Shown: in pieces, positions 58,967-64,000 of the stretch | Numbering within the stretch: the first letter of the stretch is position 1 | How the letters are laid out: each line of letters begins with the position of its first letter | Assembly (NCBI GenBank): GCA_963717995.1 | Contig: CAVQXX010000006.1 | Location: forward strand, 102,357 to 166,356 | Reading direction: 5' to 3' | Length of the DNA: 64,000 nt | From: an uncultured Bacteroidales bacterium | Lineage (GTDB): Bacteria > Bacteroidota > Bacteroidia > Bacteroidales > UBA10428 | The notes under the pieces: generated by a model | Databases searched by the model: none | Told to the model about the DNA's origin: nothing | The model's input: only the letters and a program-made list of their open reading frames with translations | Program-made: the position numbers and the translations under genes

Positions 58967-60601
58967 ATGAGTGAAAATATGTCAATTAGTCCCAGCGGAG
59001 AAAAATTTCCTTTGCCAACACCAAATGAATACAAGACAGAATTCTTAAGCCTTAAAAAGCGTATTGATGAAGAACGGGCCAGAAATCGTGAAATTGTTGT
59101 GGTTATAGGTATCGGTTTTGTTGGTGCGGTTATGGCCGCTATCGTAGCTGATACTGTTGATAAAAGTGGTCAACCCTCAAAATTTGTTATTGGAATGCAG
59201 CGCCCGAGCGTGCGAAGTTTTTGGAAGATCCCTTTACTCAATCGCGGAGTTTCTCCGGTAAAAGCGGAAGACCCTGAAGTGGATCCAATGATTGCACGTT
59301 GTGTTAATGAGAAGAAAACCTTAATCGCAACTTATACGTATGAAGTCCTTAAACTTGCTGATATTGTAGTAGTTGATGTGCAGTGTGATTATATTAAAGA
59401 GGATTTGGGCAATGTTCGCAACGGCCAAACCGATATGGCTGCTCTGGAGGCTTCCATTAGTGTAATCGCCGAGCGCATTCCGCCAGGCACCCTCGTTTTG
59501 ATCGAAACTACTGTTGCTCCCGGAACAACTGAACAAGTGGCCTACCCGATAATGAAAAAAATATTTAAAAAGCGGGGGATTGAATCCGATCCATTGTTGG
59601 CCCACAGCTACGAGAGAGTAATGCCCGGCCGTGATTATGTTGCCAGTATACGTGATTTTTGGCGCGTTTGCAGCGGCATCAATGAAGAAGCAAAAGTTCG
59701 GGTGGTAAAATTTTTGAATGAAGTACTGAATACGGCAAAATATCCCTTGACGGTTATGGATAGGCCTATTGAGTCGGAGACAGCCAAGATTGTTGAAAAC
59801 AGTTACCGGGCCACCATTCTTGCTTTTCTGGATGAATGGAGTTTATATGCGGAGCGTAATGGCGTGGATCTGGTTAAGGTAATTAAAGCAATTAAGGTAC
59901 GCCCCACGCACAGCAATATTATTTTCCCGGGACCGGGAATCGGCGGGTATTGCCTGCCGAAGGACGGAGGCCTGGGTGTATGGGCTTATAAACATATCCT
60001 TGGCTTTGAGGATGATATTTTTAAAATTACACCCATGGCCATTGATATAAATGATACACGGGGTTTGCATGTCGGACAGCTTACCCGTGATGCATTGCGG
60101 AATATGGGCAAACAGATTGCCGCAGCTGAAATTTTGATATTGGGTGCAGCCTATCGCGAAGATGTGGGTGATACCCGTTACAGTGGTTCAGAAATTGTTA
60201 TTCGAAAACTTGCCGAAATGGGTGCTGAGATCAGGGTGCATGATCCTTACGTAGAACATTGGTGGGAATTTGAACAACAGGATACCTATCCGGCTACAGG
60301 ACAAAGCAAAGCGCGATTTTTCCGCAATCAGGAAAAATTAATGGATATGCATATTGAACAGGATTTAAAGAAATCATTAAAAGATGCAGAAGCAGTGATC
60401 TTTGCGGTACGCCATGAAGCATATCTCAATCTGGACCCGGATGAAGTAGTAGGAGCAATCGGCAAACCTGCTGCAATCATTGATTGTTTCGGAGTTCTGA
60501 CGGACGATAATATCCGGCGTTATTTTCAGCTTGGCTGTGAAGTTAAAGGATTAGGTCGGGGACATATTCAACGAATTAAAGATGAAATTCGGAAAGCATA
60601 A
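58967..60601 (+). CDS. nucleotide-sugar (UDP-glucose/GDP-mannose family) dehydrogenase, long form
   Basis: NAD fold VVIGIGFVGAVMAAIVAD, catalytic block PGPGIGGYCLPKD, C-terminal UDP-binding block ILGAAYREDVGDTRYS. GGAGG lies 4 nt upstream of the ATG. Confidence 0.85.
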   Translation: MSENMSISPSGEKFPLPTPNEYKTEFLSLKKRIDEERARNREIVVVIGIGFVGAVMAAIVADTVDKSGQPSKFVIGMQRPSVRSFWKIPLLNRGVSPVKAEDPEVDPMIARCVNEKKTLIATYTYEVLKLADIVVVDVQCDYIKEDLGNVRNGQTDMAALEASISVIAERIPPGTLVLIETTVAPGTTEQVAYPIMKKIFKKRGIESDPLLAHSYERVMPGRDYVASIRDFWRVCSGINEEAKVRVVKFLNEVLNTAKYPLTVMDRPIESETAKIVENSYRATILAFLDEWSLYAERNGVDLVKVIKAIKVRPTHSNIIFPGPGIGGYCLPKDGGLGVWAYKHILGFEDDIFKITPMAIDINDTRGLHVGQLTRDALRNMGKQIAAAEILILGAAYREDVGDTRYSGSEIVIRKLAEMGAEIRVHDPYVEHWWEFEQQDTYPATGQSKARFFRNQEKLMDMHIEQDLKKSLKDAEAVIFAVRHEAYLNLDPDEVVGAIGKPAAIIDCFGVLTDDNIRRYFQLGCEVKGLGRGHIQRIKDEIRKA

Positions 60602-60658
60602 TTGATACGCTCCCGAGATCGTTACCCTGCCGATCTAAACTCAATGCATAAGGATAGA

Positions 60659-62701
60659 CTACACCGGATTGAACCATGCCCTCTTGTTGATCTCGTTCCG
60701 CCATGCATATTCAATGATCCCCTGGTGACCGACCCGTTGTTTCGGACCCACATTCTGAAAGCCATGGCTTTTTTGCAGCTTTTCCCCCCTGACGCCGGGA
60801 CTGCTGATACATCCGCCTCCTGTAAATGCCCAGTAATGATAGAATGGGATGGAAGTCTTTAACGACTCCCAGTTATAATTGTACAGGCAATCGAAGCCCC
60901 AGCATTCATTTACTTTGGCAAGCAATTGATTTTTACCTCCCAGGATTCTCCTTAGTACACTGCCGCCGGCAGAATGCCCGGCAAGAATGATCCGTTGCGG
61001 TTCGGCGCCGGCAGTCAGATAATTTTTCGATTTGAGTTCCTTAAAGCATTCGGTCACATAGTTGTCGAACCCGTTCGCTTTTCCAAAAACAATAATGCTT
61101 TGCTGTGGATCAGAGGTAAGGGTAGGTGCCAGCAATACGGCATTCCTGTGGCTTTCGGCAAAACATGCCCGTATATTGGAATAATTCTTCCAATAGTATT
61201 CAATGCCGTTTATTTTGTTCCCATAGTTGTACAACCCGTGAAAATACACGATCAGATCAACCTTATCCTCCTTCCTGTATCCCGCAGGTATGAAAATGCC
61301 TGTTTTTAATGTTCGCTTTTCAACAGCACTGGTATTTAAATAATCCGTGATTCCCTGGGTCGGTGCAATATCAAATTCGCTACTGAACAAAGGTTCAGTG
61401 ATCTGATCCTCATAAGCCTCTTCATCCAGATACTGTTCTGTCTCTGCAGAGTCAAAACTCATTTCCGTATCAGCGTCTGAATCGGCTTCATATTGCATGC
61501 CTGCCTCGTCCACCATATCTGTTTCATCTATTGTTTCTGCATCAGCTTCCAGTGTTTCCGACATTTCTGCTTCGTCCGTTATTTCCTGCTCGTCCACCAT
61601 TTCTGACTCTTCCGGGGACTGTACGGATGATTTGGTGCCTGTTGTCGCAGGTCTAACCGGCGCTGTTTCGGACATTATAAGCGGTTTCATGCGGTGCCAT
61701 GTATTGGGGCCAATAATACCATCCGCATCCCTTTCTGAAAAACCCTGTTGCCGCTGGAATGCGGCTACTGCTTCGGCAAAAGATTCTTCTCCCAGACTTA
61801 TCCCGGATTGTCCTGTTACTTTCAACAGCAAATCATTGATTTCAATGACATATCGATCCCAGCCCAGTTCAAGGGAATACTTGCGGTTTAGCTGAATCGC
61901 CTTTGACCAATCCCTGGGTCCCGACGGTGCATCTGTTGTAACCGCCGTGGATAAGGCCTGTCCTGACCCTGTTAAGCCATACTTTTGCAGAAACAGCAAA
62001 TACGAGGTTGGGTTCAGAACTCCTTTCGGTGCTGAGCCTCCTACCATAAAGCGCTGGTTGGCCTTTGTACCTTTTATGTAAGTCTCGAAGTGCAGCATGC
62101 TCAAAACATACATTTTCCCGACGAACCCTATTACCTGCCCGGCCTTGACCCGATCACCGGTTTTTAAATGATTGGCCTTTAAGGAATCCTCATGGACTTC
62201 GCCATAATTGATCACCAGATTGTTGTGTTCAACCAGCAATGCATAGGTGCTGCGGTAGAAATGATAAAATGCGACAATGGTTCCATCCTCGCAGGCGACC
62301 ACCGGATCTTTATCATTTGCCCAAAGATCAATGCCCACATGATAGCGTCCTCCATCGCTGCGATGTGCCAGAAATCTTCTGCCACCCATACCGACAATGG
62401 TTTTATCGGTTCTGGTGAAAGCCACTTCTCTGCCTCTTGAATGAGATGTTATTACCGGCCAGTAACTTCCTGCTGCAGGAAGCGGGGCAAAAGGCACCGG
62501 GTTCTTTTCCGGAACCGGCAGGGATTTTGATACGGTTTCATCCTGAGCAGATTCTCTTTGATAGAAACCAATATCCCTGTCTTTTTCATGGCTTACAACT
62601 ACTTCCGGGTCCAAAAAGGGACTGACAACCAATACTTCATTATTCGTACTCCAGGCAACTTCCCTTTCAGGAACGACAATATCAATAAATGGTGATTTCA
62701 T
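60659..62701 (-). CDS. multidomain protein: M23 peptidase, PG_binding_1, acidic linker, alpha/beta hydrolase (GHSAG)
   Basis: M23 motifs RYHVGIDLWA (HxxxD) and SMLHFETY. PG-binding block AVAAFQRQQGFSERDADGIIGPNTW. Asp/Glu-rich stretch of about 80 aa. C-terminal VYFHG...IILAGHSAGGS nucleophile elbow. No signal peptide is visible. Confidence 0.8.
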   Translation of the reverse strand: MKSPFIDIVVPEREVAWSTNNEVLVVSPFLDPEVVVSHEKDRDIGFYQRESAQDETVSKSLPVPEKNPVPFAPLPAAGSYWPVITSHSRGREVAFTRTDKTIVGMGGRRFLAHRSDGGRYHVGIDLWANDKDPVVACEDGTIVAFYHFYRSTYALLVEHNNLVINYGEVHEDSLKANHLKTGDRVKAGQVIGFVGKMYVLSMLHFETYIKGTKANQRFMVGGSAPKGVLNPTSYLLFLQKYGLTGSGQALSTAVTTDAPSGPRDWSKAIQLNRKYSLELGWDRYVIEINDLLLKVTGQSGISLGEESFAEAVAAFQRQQGFSERDADGIIGPNTWHRMKPLIMSETAPVRPATTGTKSSVQSPEESEMVDEQEITDEAEMSETLEADAETIDETDMVDEAGMQYEADSDADTEMSFDSAETEQYLDEEAYEDQITEPLFSSEFDIAPTQGITDYLNTSAVEKRTLKTGIFIPAGYRKEDKVDLIVYFHGLYNYGNKINGIEYYWKNYSNIRACFAESHRNAVLLAPTLTSDPQQSIIVFGKANGFDNYVTECFKELKSKNYLTAGAEPQRIILAGHSAGGSVLRRILGGKNQLLAKVNECWGFDCLYNYNWESLKTSIPFYHYWAFTGGGCISSPGVRGEKLQKSHGFQNVGPKQRVGHQGIIEYAWRNEINKRAWFNPV

Positions 62702-62740
62702 ATCAACCCAATTTTAACAGGAATTACAGGCAGATGTTGC

Positions 62741-64000
62741 TTAATTCATTACCGGCTTTAAAGCGGATCCGTTTTGCTGGACTTTTACAGTGCCGGTTAC
62801 ATTGGCCTCCGGATTCTTGATCTTGTGTCCGGTTGCTTTTTCCCAGTTATTGATTATCAGGAGGAGCTCATTTAATGCCTGCCTGACCGGATCAGTCTGT
62901 GGTAAACCATCTTTCTGACTCTTAATAATGGCAGTTACTCCCGCTTCATTATTCGGGCTGTAATCACCCAGTTCAATTCTTCTTAATAATGTATTCATAG
63001 GGGGAGCAATGTCGAGCAGGCCTTCAGATTTGCTGTGTGCGGGCAATCCCACCCTGTTTCCGATGTTGATAAGTCTTTCACCGGGCGTATTTCCGTTGCA
63101 CCGTAAAAAATTTACTATCGGGGAATCATAGGAGACTACCTCATACAACCAGGACATCATCACCACGGAAGCGTATTCTTCCCTGGAAAGGTTGAAATAC
63201 CGGTAATTATCGAATGTTGTGTCCGTCGTTCTTCTCGACATGAGCATTTCCTGAATTTTCTGAGCCGTATCCACTATGACAAACATGTCGGTGGTATTAG
63301 CTCCTGATGTATTACTGGCATTTGTATAGGCCTGCCATATTTCCGTAAGGAACTTCTCGAATAACAGAATAAAAGGCTGGTTATTATACTCTGCCTTATA
63401 ATAGCTGACCGGATTGTTGGAAACGGCATCACCAAATGCAAGATCCATTCCGAACAACCTGTAATAGGCATGACGCCGGGTTGCGTCCGCGTTTTGCCGG
63501 AAATCGCTTGTAATGTTCCGGTAACTGGTATTCGGCAGATATTTATAAAACAGGTTTTCCGTATTCACCATCCATTGAAAGGCGAGACGGTTTTGACTCT
63601 GGGCTGTTGTGGCTTTATTCAGCTTTTCGTCGTGCATATACATGAAAAGAAGCTTTTCGAAAATTTGCACACACCGCGTGTTCTCTACCAGGTATGCGTA
63701 AATGAGGTGGTATGGAGGAATAAGATTGCTCACATCCAGGCGCTGACCTGCTGGTGGAACAGAACGGAACCGTGAATAATACTCTGTAGGATCTCCCGGC
63801 AAAGGAGGATTCTGGGGTTGCTGATTTACATAAACTCTTCCCGTCACGATGTCAGCCCAGTGTTTCTGGATGGCATTCTCAATAAAGGCCGAATCATCCA
63901 CAGCACAGAATTCCTGTATGGTTTCGATGTTAAAGGAATAATAATTCCCCCTGTTAATTGGGGTAAGTGGCGAAGGAAGTTCCGAAAGTATATTGATGAA
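62741..64000 (-). CDS. large uncharacterised protein, 5' end beyond window
   Basis: The frame stays open past the listed GTG (63901) to the window edge, giving at least 419 codons. It ends 39 nt upstream of the M23-hydrolase gene on the same strand. No family recognised. Confidence 0.6.
   Translation of the reverse strand, partial: FINILSELPSPLTPINRGNYYSFNIETIQEFCAVDDSAFIENAIQKHWADIVTGRVYVNQQPQNPPLPGDPTEYYSRFRSVPPAGQRLDVSNLIPPYHLIYAYLVENTRCVQIFEKLLFMYMHDEKLNKATTAQSQNRLAFQWMVNTENLFYKYLPNTSYRNITSDFRQNADATRRHAYYRLFGMDLAFGDAVSNNPVSYYKAEYNNQPFILLFEKFLTEIWQAYTNASNTSGANTTDMFVIVDTAQKIQEMLMSRRTTDTTFDNYRYFNLSREEYASVVMMSWLYEVVSYDSPIVNFLRCNGNTPGERLINIGNRVGLPAHSKSEGLLDIAPPMNTLLRRIELGDYSPNNEAGVTAIIKSQKDGLPQTDPVRQALNELLLIINNWEKATGHKIKNPEANVTGTVKVQQNGSALKPVMN

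Noticed and set aside
60602-60862. 86-aa plus-strand ORF downstream of the dehydrogenase gene.
   Set aside because: It lies almost wholly antisense to the well-supported hydrolase domain of the 680-aa minus-strand gene, and it has no start context.
1-64000. tRNA, rRNA, tmRNA, transposase, integrase and prophage genes.
   Set aside because: I scanned the intergenic regions for T-loop-like GTTCRAATC motifs and the ORF list for recombinase signatures, and found none. A covariance-model scan would be needed to exclude small RNAs.

Overview
This 64-kb chromosomal window looks like a Bacteroidota genome. The evidence is a T9SS C-terminal sorting domain, DUF4136/DUF4251/DUF1080-type families, TAnnTTTG -7 promoter boxes, and almost no Shine-Dalgarno sequences. 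All product calls come from motifs read by eye in the supplied translations; no search was run. Start codons are best guesses. I found no rRNA, tRNA, CRISPR array, transposase or integrase.

Gene content by region:
- 0-8 kb: outer-membrane (OM) barrel genes, an AI-2E transporter, a ZIP transporter, glgP, a membrane-anchored AlbA_2-like protein and a SulP/STAS transporter.
- 8-20 kb: a minus-strand block made almost entirely of OM beta-barrels and lipoproteins. It includes signal-peptide-bearing glutaminase and amidohydrolase genes interleaved with two paralogous porins, and two neighbouring genes carrying several frame disruptions.
- 20-25.6 kb: MscS, a FixL/FixJ-like two-component pair, an orphan receiver, and a DUF202 plus pentapeptide-repeat membrane pair.
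- 25.7-32.7 kb: two long Cys-type arylsulfatases, one followed by a radical-SAM anSME and the other by an FGE.
- 34-47 kb: housekeeping genes (ppk2, tadA, aspS, lepA and others).
- 47-58 kb: carbohydrate-related genes (GH36, mannitol dehydrogenase family, TIM-barrel isomerase, DUF1080).
- 58-64 kb: a GYD protein, a nucleotide-sugar dehydrogenase, a leaderless M23 / PG-binding / alpha-beta-hydrolase protein, and a large unknown ORF that runs off the window.

Best candidates for something undescribed:
1. A 16-bp 7-2-7 palindrome placed exactly 23 nt upstream of a -7 box at three promoters, next to the NarL/FixJ-type regulator gene.
2. The multidomain M23-lipase-like protein and its unknown upstream partner.
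3. Arrays of the octamer YATTAGCA with attached palindromic elements in two divergent promoter regions.
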